Shown in pieces: positions 49,849 to 63,960 of a stretch of 64,000 bases of DNA. Source of the DNA: Anaeramoeba ignava BMAN. Lineage: Eukaryota > Protista > Anaeramoebae. Each line of letters begins with the position of its first letter. Within the stretch, counting starts at the first letter, position 1. Both the position numbers and the translations under genes were made by a program. The DNA lies in contig JAPDFW010000103.1 of assembly GCA_028826165.1 (NCBI GenBank), forward strand, positions 558,001 to 622,000, given 5' to 3'. The notes under the pieces were generated by a model. It did no database searches. It worked only from the letters and a program-made list of their open reading frames with translations, and was not told where the DNA came from.

Positions 49849-52800
49849 TCAATTTTTAATTAATTCTTGATTTAATTCAATTATCTCTTGTGATTTTTTC
49901 TTTTTAAATTTACGAATAAGCAAAGCTCTAACAAATTTATCACCTAATCCAAAGAAAATAAAATCCCAAAATCCAAGAAGAGGAGTAAAAAATGCTTGGG
50001 TTGTAACAAGAAATTCATTTGGAGTATCAACTTTTTGAATAACTTGTCTTATTCTTTCCATAGTTGTCCATAATAATGTTATAATATAAAGAATAGCAAG
50101 TGTTAACATTTTGATTTGAAATGATTTTGGATAATTTATTTTTTGATCTTTTCTTATTTTATGAACAATAATTGAATAAAAAACAAGAGCTGCAATTAAA
50201 CAAAACCAAATTATTGAAAACTCAAATATCACAAAAGAATTTTTCACATCTGAACACCTAATCAATAAATTGAATATTGAATTGAATATTAAATTAAATA
50301 TTGAATTGAATATTAAATTAAATATTGAATTGAATTGAATTGAATTGAATTGAATTAAATTGAATATTGAATTAAATATTGAATATTGAATTGAATTAAA
50401 TATTGAATTAAATATTGAATTGAATTAAATATTGAATTGAATTAAATATTGAATTGAATATTGAATATTGAATATTGAATTAAATATTGAATTAAATATT
50501 GAATTGAATATTGAATTGAATTGAATTGAATTGAATATTGAATTGAATTGAATTGAATTGAATTGAATTAAATATTGAATTAAATATTGAATTGAATATT
50601 GAATTGAATTGAATAGAATTGAATTAAATATTAAATATTGAATTGAATTGAATTAAATATTGAATTAAATATTGAATTGAATATTGAATTGGAATTGAAT
50701 TGAATTGAAATTGAATATTGAATTAAATATTGAATATTGAATTGAATTAAATATTGAATTAAATATTGGAATTGAATTAAATATTGAATTAAATATTGGA
50801 ATTGAATTGAATTGAATATTGAATTGAATATTGAATTGAATTAAATATTGAATATTGGAATTGAATTGAATTAAATATTGTAAATATTGGAATAAATATT
50901 GAATTAAATGAATTGAATTGAATATTGGAATCGAATTGAATATTGGAATGGGTGAATATTGAATTGAATTGAATTGGTGGTGAATATGGTGAAATGAATA
51001 TTGAATGAATTGGAAATTGGAATTGGAATTGAATTGAATATTGAAATATTAAATATTGGGTGGGTGAATTGGAAATGGAATTGAGTGAATAGGAATGGAA
51101 TTGGAATTAAATATTGGAATTCAAATATTGGAATGGTGAATACGGAATCGAATATTGAAATATTGAAATTGGGAATAAAAAATGAATTGGGTGAATTGAA
51201 TATTGAATTGAATATTGAATTGAATATTGGGAATCGAAATTGAATCGAATATCGAAAAGAATATTGGTAAAATATTGAATTGAATATTGAAATTGAATAT
51301 TGAATCGAATATTAAATATTGAATTAAATATTGAATTGAATATTGAATTGAATATTAAATATTGAATTGAATATTGGAATGAATAAAAATTGAATTGGAA
51401 TTGAATATCAAAATAAATATTGAATAATGAATTGAATGGTGAATATGAAAATATTGAATAATGAATTGAATTGGAATTGGAATTGGTAAAATTAAATTAA
51501 ATATTGAATTGGGGTAAATATTAAATTAAATATTAAATTGAATTGGTGAATATATGAAATTGGAATTGAATGGAATCAAATATTGAATATTGGGTGGATT
51601 GAATTGGAATCTGGAAAAATATTAGGTGAATTAAAATTGGAATTGAATTGAATATGAACAAAAATTGGAATAATAAATTGAATATTGAATTAAATTAAAT
51701 ACATTAAATATTGGAATTGAATTGGTGAATATTAAAATTGAATTGAATTGAATATTGAATATTAAAAATGGAATTGAATTGGAATTGTGAATTGAATTGA
51801 ATTGAATATTGAATCGAATATTAAATTGAATTGAATTGAATATTGAATATTGAATCGAATTGAATATTGAAATCGAAGAATTGAAATTGAATGGAATATT
51901 TTGGGTAAATATTGGAATTGAATTGAATTGGAATCTGAATGAAATTTTGGAAGAATTTGGTGAATTGAATTTGAATAGAATTGGAATTAAATATTAAATT
52001 TTGAATATTTGGTGAATATTAAATATTGATTTTAACAAAATTAAATAAAATATTGAATCAAATATTGGAATTGAATTAAATATTGAATTGAATTGGAATA
52101 AAAAGTGGAATTGAATTGAATCGAATTAAACCAGGGTGAATATTGGAATGAATATTGAATCAAAATATTGAATCGAATTAAATATTGAATACGGAAATGA
52201 GGTAAATATTGAATGAATATTTGAATTGAATATTGGAATTGAATTGAATTGGAATCAAATATTGGAATTGAAATTGAATTGGAATTGAATTGGGAATGGA
52301 ATTGAATTAAATTGAATTGAATATTGAATTGAATATTGGGTAAATATTGGAAAATGGTAAATGGGTAATCGAATCAATGGAATCGAATTGAATATTGAAT
52401 TGGGTAAATATTGAATTGGAATTAAATATTGAATATTAAATATTGAATTTGAATATTGGAATCGAATGAATTGAATATTGAATGGAATTTGGAATCGAAT
52501 TCTTTTTGAATTTGAATTGGAATTGGGGAATGGAATCAAATATTGGAATTGAAATTGAAATTGAATCGAAGGTGAATATTGGAATTGAAATTGAATTGAA
52601 TATTGAAATTGAATTAAATATTAAAATTATTGGAATTGAATTGGAATTGGAATATTGGAGTAAAATATTGAATTGAATTGGAATTGAATTGAAATGAAAT
52701 ATTAAAAATTGAATTGAATTAAATATTGAATAAACTTGAATTGAATTAAATATTGAATTGAATTAAATCTGAATTAAATATTGAATTGAAATTGATAAAA

Positions 52801-53632
52801 TATTGAATTTAAATATTAAATTGAATTGAATATTGAATTGAATTGAATATTGAATATTGAATTGAATATTGAATTGAATTGAATTGAATATTGAATTGAA
52901 GTGAATTGAATTGAATTGAATTGAATTGAATTGAATTGAATATTGAATTGAATTGAATTAAATATTGAATTAAATATTGAATTAAATATTGAATTGAATT
53001 GAATTGAATTGAATTGAATTGAATTAAATATTGAATTGAATATTGAATTGAATTGAATATTGAATTGAATTGAATTGAATTAAATATCGAATATTGAATT
53101 GAATTGAATAATAAATTGAATATTGAATTAAATTAAATATTAAATTAAATATTGAATTAAATTGAATAATAAATTCAATTCAATATTGAATATTTTCCAA
53201 AAAAAAATATTACCAATAAGAAAATGAAGTTTCTGGTTCTCCAGTGAAAGTAAGAACTAAAGCACCAGCAGTAGTAATGATTTGGATAATAATAATTGAA
53301 ATCCAATAAAATTTTGAAGAATTTTCAATATCAACATTTCTACAAATTTGTAAATAATAAACTAAAGAAATCAAGAAAATCCAATCACAAACAAAACCAA
53401 AAGCAAAATCAACTAAAAAAGTTTGAATAGAACAAATTGTATCTCCTTTATAACCAGGAAGTAAAATGGAAATATCAACAATCAAATTATAAATCGAAAG
53501 TGTTAAAATATACAATCTAAATCTTGTTCTTATTTCTGGTAAAATTAAATAAGTTATTATAAAAGATAAAGATCCTAAAATCCCTAAACTTGCACCAATG
53601 AAAAAAAATATTATTACTAAAGTTTTTGCCAT
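49849..53632 (-). CDS. 7TM CAR-like GPCR, copy 4
   Basis: Exons 53632-53214 and 50257-49849; 2956-nt repeat-filled intron. Confidence 0.8.
50265..53195. repeat. (ATTGA/AATATTG)n satellite in the GPCR copy 4 intron, degenerate in the centre
   Basis: Clean 5/7-mer units at both ends; noisy, G-enriched at ~50870-52700. Confidence 0.85.
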
Positions 53633-53766
53633 GTTAAAAAAAATAAGAAAAAGAAAAAAGAAAAAATAAAAAAAATGGTTTTTAAAAATAAATTTTATTT
53701 TTTTCATTTATCCAAAAAATAAATTTTGTTCTTTATTTAATTTTCCAAAATTTTTTCTATCAGTTT

Positions 53767-55129
53767 TTAATTTTTAATTAATTCTTGATTTAATTCAATT
53801 ATATCTTGTGATTTTTTCTTTTTAAATTTACGAATAAGCAAAGCTCTAACAAATTTATCACCTAATCCAAAGAAAATAAAATCCCAAAATCCAAGAAGAG
53901 GTGAAAAAAAAGCTTGAGTTGTAACAAGAAATTCATTTGGAGTATCAACTTTTTGAATAACTTGTATTATTCTTTCTATAGTTGTCCATAATTCTGTTAT
54001 AATATAAAGAATAGCAAGTGTTAACATTTTGATTTGAAATGATTTTGGATAATTTATTTTTTGATCTTTTCTTATTTTATGAACAACAATTGAATAAAAG
54101 ATAAGAGCTCCAATTAAACAAAACCAAAATATAGAATATTCAGTTATAATAAAAGCATTTTTTGAGTATGAACACCTAATAAATAAATTGAATATTGAAT
54201 ATTGAATTGAATATTGAATATTGAATTGAATATTGAATATTGAATTGAATATTGAATATTGAATTGAATATTGAATATTGAATTGAATATTGAATATTGA
54301 ATTGAATATTGAATATTGAATATTGAATTGAATATTGAATATTGAATATTGAATATTGAATTGAATATTGAATATTGAATATTGAATATTGAATTGAATA
54401 TTGAATATTGAATATTGAATATTGAATTGAATATTGAATATTGAATATTGAATATTCAATATTGAATTGAATATTGAATATTGAATATTGAATTGAATAT
54501 TGAATATTGAATATTGAATTGAATATTGAATATTGAATATTGAATTGAATATTGAATATTGAATATTGAATATTGAATATTGAATATTGAATATTGAATT
54601 GAATATTAAATTAAATATTGAATATTGAATTGAATTGAATTGAATATTGAATATTGAATTGAATAATAAATTGAATTGAATATTGAATATTTTCCAAAAA
54701 AAAATATTACCAATAAGAAAATCCAGTTTCTGGTTCTCCAAATAAAATAACAATTAAACTAATAGTAAGAGAAATGATTTGGATAATAATAATTGAAATC
54801 CAATAAAATTTTGAAGAATTTTCAATATCAAAATTTCTACAAATTTGTAAATAATAAACTAAAGAAATCAAGAAAATCCAACAACAAACACAAATAAAAG
54901 CAAAATCAACTAAAAAAGTTTGAATACAACAAATTGTATGTCCTTTATAACCAGGAAATAAAGCAGTAATTCCAGAAATAAAATTATAAATTGAAAGTGT
55001 TAAAATATACAATCTAAATCTTGTTCTTATTTCTGGTAAAATTGAATAAGTTATTATAAAAGATAAAGATCCTAAAATCCCTAAACTTGCTCCAATAAAA
55101 CAAAATATTATTACTAAAGTTGTTGCCAT
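53767..55129 (-). CDS. 7TM CAR-like GPCR, copy 5
   Basis: Exons 55129-54711 and 54175-53767; 535-nt intron. Confidence 0.85.
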
Positions 55130-55264
55130 TTTTACAAGTGAAATTAAAAAAGAAAAAAAGTGAAAATAAAAAAGAAAATTAAAATTTTATTATTTTTATT
55201 TATCCAAAAATTTTTTTGCTTTTTTCTTTTTTATTTTTGGATTCAAATTTCCAAATTTCAATTT

Positions 55265-56509
55265 TCAATTTTCAAAACTTATTAATCCTTGATTTAATTC
55301 AATTACATCTTGTGATTTTTTCTTTTTAAATTTACGAATAAGTAAAGCTCTAACAAATTTATCACCAACAACAAAGAAAACAAAATCCCAAAATCCAAGA
55401 AGAGGAGTAAAAAATGCTTCAAATGCATCAACAAATTCATTTGGAGAATAATCTTTTTTAAATATTTGAGTCATTTTTTTAATAAAAAGTGATAATTCTG
55501 TTATAATATAAAGAGTAGCAAGTGTTAACATTTTGATTTGAAATGATTTTGGATAATTTATATCTTTATCTTTTCTTATTTTATGAACAACAAGTGAATA
55601 AAGGATTAATGTAGAAATTAAGAAAAACCAAATTGTTGAATAATGGAATATTTCCACATTTTTGTCAGAAATAAAACACCTAATTCAAAATCAAAATCAA
55701 AATCAAAATTAAAATCAAAATCAAATTCAAAATCAAAATCAAAATCAAAATCAAAATCAAAATCAAATTGAAAATATAAATCAATATATAAATCAATTTA
55801 TAAATCAATATATAAATCAATTTATAAATCAATATATAAATCAAAATATAAATCAATTTATAAATCAATATATAAATCAAAATATAAATCAATTTATAAA
55901 TCAATTTATAAATCAATATATAAATCAATATATAAATCAAAATATAAATCAATATATAAATCAATATATAAATCAATATATAAATCAATATATAAATCAA
56001 TATATAAATCAATATATAAATCAATATATAAATCAATATATAAATCAGTAATATAAATCAATTTCAATTTTAATATTATAAATTATTTACCAATAACTTG
56101 CACCACTTTTAGGTTTTCCTAAAGTTACAGCTAAAATCCCATGAAGTAAACTAAATAATTGAACAAATAAATTTGAAAACCAATAAAATTTAGGAGAATT
56201 TTCAATATCAAAATTTCTACAAATTTGTAAATAATAAATTAATGAAATCATAAAAATCCAGCAAAAACAAGCAATAAAAATCCAATTAATTAAAAAACAT
56301 TGAGCAGTACAAAGATGAGTATTTTTATAACCAGGAAGTAAACCAGAAATCTCACAAATGATATTACAAATTGATAAAGTTAAAATAAATAATCTTGATC
56401 TATTTCTTATTTCGGGTAAAATTTTATATGAAAATATAAAAGAACTTGCACCAAATATACCAAAAAAATTCCCAATAATACAACAAACAATAATTGAAGT
56501 TAAAACCAT
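55265..56509 (-). CDS. 7TM CAR-like GPCR, copy 6
   Basis: Exons 56509-56091 and 55679-55265; 411-nt intron. Confidence 0.85.
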
Positions 56510-56774
56510 TTTTTAATTTAATTGAATTTAAAATTTAATTAAAATTTTTGGCAAATAAAAATAAAAATAAAATAAAAAATGAAAATTGAAAATTAAAAGT
56601 TATTTTTCTGTTATTTTTTTTGCTTTTTTTTTTGTAAAGTGTTTGATCTATTAATTTTTAAAAATAAAAAATAAAAAAACTGGAATTTTTGAAAGAAAAC
56701 AATTTTATATTTTTGATTCAACTTCTTTTAAAAAAAAAAAAGAATAAACTAAAATTGGGAATTATTTAATAGAT

Positions 56775-58351
56775 TCATTTTAAAGCTTGATATCTGTTTC
56801 TCCTACATTTGTTAATAATCATTGCACGAACAAATCTATCACCAGCAACAAAGAAAACAAAATCCCAAAATCCAAGAAGAGGAGTAAAAAATGCTTCAAA
56901 AGCGTTCATATATTCATTTGGAGAATAATCGTTTTTAACAATTTGTGTTATTTTGTTAATAGAAAGTGATAATTCTGTTAAAATATAAAGAATAGCAAGT
57001 GCTAACATTTTGAATTGGAATGATTTTGGATAATTTACATCTTTATCTTTTCTTATTTTATGAACAACAAGTGAATAAAGGATTAATGTAGAAATTAAGA
57101 AAAACCAAATTGTTGAATAATGGAATATTTCAATCTTTTTATCAGAAATAAAACACCTAATTCAAAATCAAAATCAAAATTTAAATCAAAATTTAATTTA
57201 ATATTTAATATTCAAATTCAAATCAATTTAATTCAATTTAATTCAATTTAATTCAATTCAATTCAATTCAATTCAATTCAATTTAATATTCAATTCAATT
57301 CAATTTAATATTCAATTCAATTCAATTTAATATTCAATTCAATATTTAATTCAATATTCAATTCAATTTATTATTCAATTCAATATTCAATTTATTATTC
57401 AATTCAATTCAATATTTAATATTCAATTCAATATTTAATTTAATATTCAATTCAATATTTAATTCAATATTCAATTCAATATTCAATTCAATATTTAATT
57501 CAATTCAATTTAATATTTAATTCAATTTAATTCAATTCAATATTTAATTCAATTCAATTCAATTCAATTCAATTTAATATTCAATATTCAATTCAATATT
57601 CAATTTAATTCAATTCAATATTCAATTCAATATTTAATTCAATATTCAATTCAATTCAATTCAATATTCAATTCAATTCAATATTCAATTCAATATTCAA
57701 TATTCAATTCAATTTAATTCAATTCAATTCAATTCAATTTAATATTTAATTCAATATTTAATATTTAATTCAATATTCAATATTTAATTCAATATTCAAT
57801 TCAATTCAATATTCAATTCAATATTTAATTCAATATTCAATATTCAATTTAATATTAAATATAAAAATTGGAATATTCAGTTCAAGTTAAATTTTTATGT
57901 AAATTTTTATTTGGAAATTTCAAAAAATTTACCAATAACTTGGTCCACTTGAAGGTTTTCCTAAAGTTACAGCAAAAATTCCATGAATCAAACTAAAAGA
58001 TTGAACAATCAAATTAGCAACCCAATAAAGCTTCGGAGAATTTTCAATATCAACATTTCTACAAATTTGTAAATAATAAATCAATGAAATCATAAAAATC
58101 CAAAAGAAAGAAGCAACAAAAATCCAATCAATTAAAAAACATTGAGCAGTACAAAGATGAGTATTTTTATAACCAGGAAGTAAACCAGAAATCTCACAAA
58201 TGATATTACAAGTTGATAAAGTTATAATAAATAATCTTGGTCTGTTTCTTATTTCGGGTAAAAGTGAATATGAAAATATAAAAGATAATGCTCCAAAAAT
58301 CCCAAAAAAATTCCCAAGAATAGAAAAACCAATTATTAAATTCAAAACCAT
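56775..58351 (-). CDS. 7TM CAR-like GPCR, copy 7
   Basis: Exons 58351-57933 and 57156-56775; 776-nt intron. Confidence 0.85.
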
Positions 58352-58646
58352 TTTTATTTCGGTTAAACTAAACTAATTTAAAATTTAATTTAAATTTCAA
58401 ATTAAAATGAAAAAATTTCAATTCAAAAAAAATGAAAAAAATGAAAAATGAAAAAAATGGAAAAAAATTTAATTTTTTTTTTGTTTTGTTTTTATTTTTT
58501 TTCTTTTTTCAAAACTGTTTGATCTATTTTATAAATTTTTTTCTTTTTTGAAATAATGAACAAAACAAATGAAATATTAATTAAAATTTCAAATTTTGTT
58601 GATTAAAATTTTGTTGATTCAAATTTTTTTTGCTTTTTCAAAATTC

Positions 58647-59762
58647 TCAAAAATCTTGAAGAAGTTTTTCTTCAATTTGAACACTTTTGGCTTGTTTAGT
58701 AAATTTAAATTTATGAGAAAGTAAAGCTCTAACAAATTTATCACCTAAAACAAAGAAAACAAAATCCCAAAATCCAAGGAAAGGAGTAAAAAATGCTTCA
58801 AATGTATCAATAAATGGATTTGAAGAATCACTTTTTTTAACAATTTGAGTGATTCTGTGAATAGAAAGTGATAATTCTGTTAAAATATAAATCAAAGATA
58901 AAGCTAACATTTTGAATTGAAATGATTTTGGATAATTTACATCTTTATCTTTTCTTATTTTATGAACAACAAGTGAATAAAGGATTAATGTAGAAATTAA
59001 GAAAAACCAAATTGTTGAATAATGGAATATTTCAATCTTTTTATCAGAAATAAAACACCTAATTCAAAATCAATATCAAAATCAAAATCAAAATGAAAAT
59101 TAAAATGAAAATGAAAATCAAAATCAAAATCAAAATTAATATCAAAATCAAAATCAAAATGAAAATCAAAATCAAAATCAAAATTTAAATCAAAATCAAA
59201 ATTAAAATCAAAATCAAAATTAATATCAAAATCAAAATCAAATTTAAAATCAAAATGAAAATCAAAATCAAAATTAATATATAAAATCAAAATTAAATTT
59301 AAAATCAAAATTAAAATCAAAATCAATATTATAAATTATTTACCAATAACTTGAACCACTTGTAGGTTTTCCTAAAGTTACAGCTAAAATTCCATGAATA
59401 GATCCGAAAATTTGAACAATCAAATTAGCAAACCAATAAAATTTAGGAGAATTTTCAATATCAACATTTCTACAAATTTGTAAATAATAAATCAATGAAA
59501 TCAAGAAAATCCAAGAAAAAGAAGCAACAAAAAACCAATTGATCAAGAAACATTGAAAAGAACAAAGATGATTATTTTTATAACCAGGAAGTAAACCACC
59601 AAAATTAGAAACTATATTGCAAATTGATAAAGTTACAATAAATAATCTTGGTCTATTTCTAATTTCGGGTAGAATTTTATATGAAATGATAAAAAAAAAA
59701 GAACCAAATGCTCCAAAAGCATTTCCAACAAAACAACCAACTAAAACAGAAATTGAAACCAT
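58647..59762 (-). CDS. 7TM CAR-like GPCR, copy 8
   Basis: Exons 59762-59344 and 59058-58647; 285-nt intron. Confidence 0.85.
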
Positions 59763-59963
59763 TTTGAATTTTGTTTTATTAAATTTTTTTTTTTTTGATG
59801 AAAGAAAAACAAATTATAAAAAAAAGAAAAAAAAATAAAAGATTTGATGAAAAAATTTTTTCTCTTTTTTTTTGGAAACGCAAAAAAAATTAAATTAAAA
59901 AATTAATTTAATTTTATTTTACTAATTGAATTTTATTTTTTGCAAACAAAAATAAAAAAAAAA

Positions 59964-61739
59964 TCAATTTAAATTTGAGTATTTCTTTTTGGAAAATTTA
60001 TGAGAAAGTAAAGCTCTAACAAATTTATCACCTAAAACAAAGAAAACAAAATCCCAAAATCCAATAAGAGGTGAAAAAAAAGATTGAAGAGAATTAACAA
60101 CAATTCCTGGTGATTCATTTTCATGAATAATTTGAGTTATTCTTTTGATAGCAAGCCATAATTCTGTTACAATATAAACTAATGCTAATGTTAACATTTT
60201 GAATTGGAATGATTTTGGATAATTTGCTTCTTTATCTTTTCTTATTTTATGAATAACAAGTGAATAAAGAAATAATGTAGAAATTAAACAAAACCAAACT
60301 GTAGAGTAATGAAATATTTCTACTCCTTTTCCTGAAACATAACACCTAAAATTAAATCAAATTAAATCAAATTAAATCAAATCAAATCAAATCAATTCAA
60401 ATTAAATCAAATTAAATCAAATCAAATCAAATCAATTCAAATTAAATCAAATCAAATCAAATCAATTCAATTCAATTCAATTTAATTCAATATTCAATTC
60501 AAACCAATTCAATTCAAATCAATTTAATATTCAATTCAAATCAAAAATCAAATCAAATCAAATCAATTCAATTCAATATTCAATTCAATTTAATATTCAA
60601 ATCAAATCAAATCAATTTAATATTCAATTCAAATCAATTCAATTTAATATTCAATTCAATATTCAATTCAATTCAATATTTAATTCAATTCAATTCAATT
60701 CAATTCAATTCAATTCAATATTTAATTCAATTCAATTCAATTCAATTCAATATTCAATTCAATATTCAATTCAAATCAAATCAAATTAAATCAAATTAAA
60801 TCAAAAATCAAATCAAATCAAATCAATTTAATATTCAAATCAAATCAATATTCAATTTAATTCAAATCAAATTAAATTAAATCAATTCAAATCAAATCAA
60901 ATCAATTCAAATCAAATCAAATCAATTCAAATCAATATTCAATTCAATATTTAATTCAAATTAAATCAATATTTAATTCAAATTAATTCAATTCAATTCA
61001 ATTCAATTCAATATTTAAATCAAATTAAATTAAATCAATTCAAATCAAATCAATTCAATTTAATATTCAATATTTAATTTAAATCAAATTAAATTAAAAA
61101 TCAAATCAAATCAAATTAAATTAAATCAATTCAAATCAAATCAAATCAAATCAAATCAAATCAAATCAATATTCAATTCAATTTAATATTCAAATCAATT
61201 CAAATCAATATTTAATTAAATCAAATCAATTCAAATCAATATTTAATTAAATCAAAATCAAATTCAAAATCAAATTCAAAATCAAATTCAAAATCAAAAT
61301 TAATATTATAAATTATTTACCAATAACTTGAACCACTTGAAGGTTCTCCGATAATTAAAGTTAAAATTCCTTGAGTAGAAGCGAAAAGTTGAACAAATAA
61401 ACTAGCAAACCAATAAAATTTAGGAGAATTTTCAATATCAACATTTCTACAAATTTGTAAATAATAAATCAATGAAATCAAGAAAATCCAACAACAAGAA
61501 GCAGCAAAAAACCAAGTAAGAATAAAAGCTTGAAAATTACAAAGAGTTTGACTTTTAAAACCAGGAAGTAAACCAGTAAATTCACAAATTACATTACAAG
61601 ATGATAAAGTTAAAATAAATAATCTTGATCTTGTTCTAATTTCTGGTAAAATTGAATAGGAAATTATGAAAGATAATGCTCCAAACGCACCAAGACTTGA
61701 TGCAATTATTGTACAAACCATTTCTGGTGTTGAAACCAT
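59964..61739 (-). CDS. 7TM CAR-like GPCR, copy 9
   Basis: Exons 61739-61321 and 60345-59964; 975-nt intron. Confidence 0.85.
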
Positions 61740-61871
61740 TTTCAATTTGTTTTTTTATTTAAATTTTTTTTTTGATGAGAAAATGATTATTAATTTTTGA
61801 TAAAAAAATTTTTTTAAAACAAAAAAAAAATGAAAAAAAGCAAAATTCTTAATTGATTTTAATTTCATTTT

Positions 61872-63960
61872 TGGAATTAGAATTAGAATTAGAATTAGAA
61901 TTAGATTTAGAATTAGAATTAGATTTAGAATTAGATTTATATTTATATTTATATTGATATTGATATTGATATTGATATTGATATTTATATTGATATTGAT
62001 ATTTATATTGATATTGATATATTGATATTGATATTTATATTGATATTTATATCTATATTTATATTTATATTTATATTTATATTTATATTGATATTTATAT
62101 TGATATTGATATTGATATTGATATTTATATTTATATTGATATTGATATTTTATATTTATATTGATATTGATATTTTGATATTTATATTTTTATTTATTTA
62201 TATTGATATTGATATTGATATTGATATTTATATTTATATTTATATTTATATTTATATTTATATTGATATTGATATTGATATTGATATTTTATATTTATAT
62301 TGATATTATTGATATTGATATTGATATTGATATTGATATTGATATTTATATTTATATTTATATTTATATTTATATTTATATTTATATTTATATTGATATT
62401 GATATTGATATTGATATTGATATTTATATTTATATTTATATTTATATTTATATTTTATATTTATATTGATATTGATATTGATATTGATATTTATATTTAT
62501 ATTGATATTTATTTATATTGATATTGATATTTATATTTATATTTATATTAATATTTTATATTTATATTTATATTTATATTGATATTTATATTTATATTGA
62601 TATTTTATATTGATATTGATATTTATATTTATATTTATATTTATATTTATATTTATATTTATATTTATATTTTATATTTATATTTTATATTTATATTTAT
62701 ATTTTATATTTATATTTATATTTATATTTATATTTATATTTATATTTATATTTATATTGATATTGATATTTATATTGATATTTATATTGATATTTATATT
62801 TTTATATTTATATTTTATATTTTATTGATATATTTATATTTATATTTATATTTTATATTTATATTTTATATTTATATTTATTTGATATTGATATTTATAT
62901 TGATATTTTATATTTATATTTATATTGATATTTATATTTATATTGATATTTATATTTATATTTGATATTTTATATTTATATTTGATATTTATATTTATAT
63001 TTATATTGATATTTATATTTTATATTGATATTTATATTTATATTTTATTTTTATTTATATTTATATTGATTGATATTGATATTGATATTGATATTGATAT
63101 TTTATATTGATATCGATATTTAAATTGATATTTATATTGATATTTAAATTGATATTTATATTTATATTGATATTTTGATATTGATATTGATATTGATATT
63201 GATATTTATATTTTATATTTATATTGATATTGATATTGATATTTATATTTTATATTTATATTTATATTTATTTTATATTTATATTTATATTTATATTTAT
63301 ATTGATATTTATATTGATATTTATATTTTATATTTTATATTTATATTTATATTTATATTTTATATTTATATTTATATTGATATTGATATTTATATTATAT
63401 TGATATTGATATTAATATTTATATTGATATTTATATTTATATTTATATTTATATTTATATTTATATTTATATTGATATTTATATTTATATTGATATTGAT
63501 ATTGATATTTATATTTATATTGATATTTATATTTATATTGATATTGATATTTATATTGATATATTGATATTGATATTTATATTTATATTGATATTTATAT
63601 TGATATTGATATTGATATTGATATTTATATTTATATTTATATTGATATTGATATTGATATTTATATTTATATTTATATTTATATTGATATTGATATTTAT
63701 TATTGATATTGATATTGATATTTATATTGATATTTATATTTATACTGATATTTATATTGATATTGATATTTATATTTATATTGATATTGATATTTATATT
63801 TATATTGATATTTATATTTATATATTGATATTGATATTGATATTGATATTGATATTGATATTGATATTTATATTTATATTGATATTGATATTGATATTGA
63901 TATTGATATTGATATTTATATTTATATTGATATTGATTTAGATTTTATTATTGATTTTAT
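61872..63960. repeat. ~2.1-kb compound microsatellite: (TTAGAA)n then (ATTGAT/ATTTAT)n
   Basis: Continuous hexamer mixture; all ORFs here are ILIL/IDIY artefacts. Confidence 0.92.

Noticed and set aside
50870-52700. G-enriched degenerate centre of the copy 4 intron as an inserted element or hidden gene
   Set aside because: Still recognisably the ATTGA/AATATTG repeat with scattered indels; no meaningful ORF or terminal repeats; consistent with an unpolished long-read consensus
53767-54753. 328-aa ORF with a (FNIQYSI)n insert that looks like a repeat-containing receptor
   Set aside because: Read-through of the copy 5 intron. It is out of frame with exon 1, which ends TG|GTAA (a stop if unspliced); the true exon 2 starts at 54175.
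61872-61940. (TTAGAA)n as a telomeric repeat
   Set aside because: Short, internal, lacks G-tracts and grades into the adjacent microsatellite
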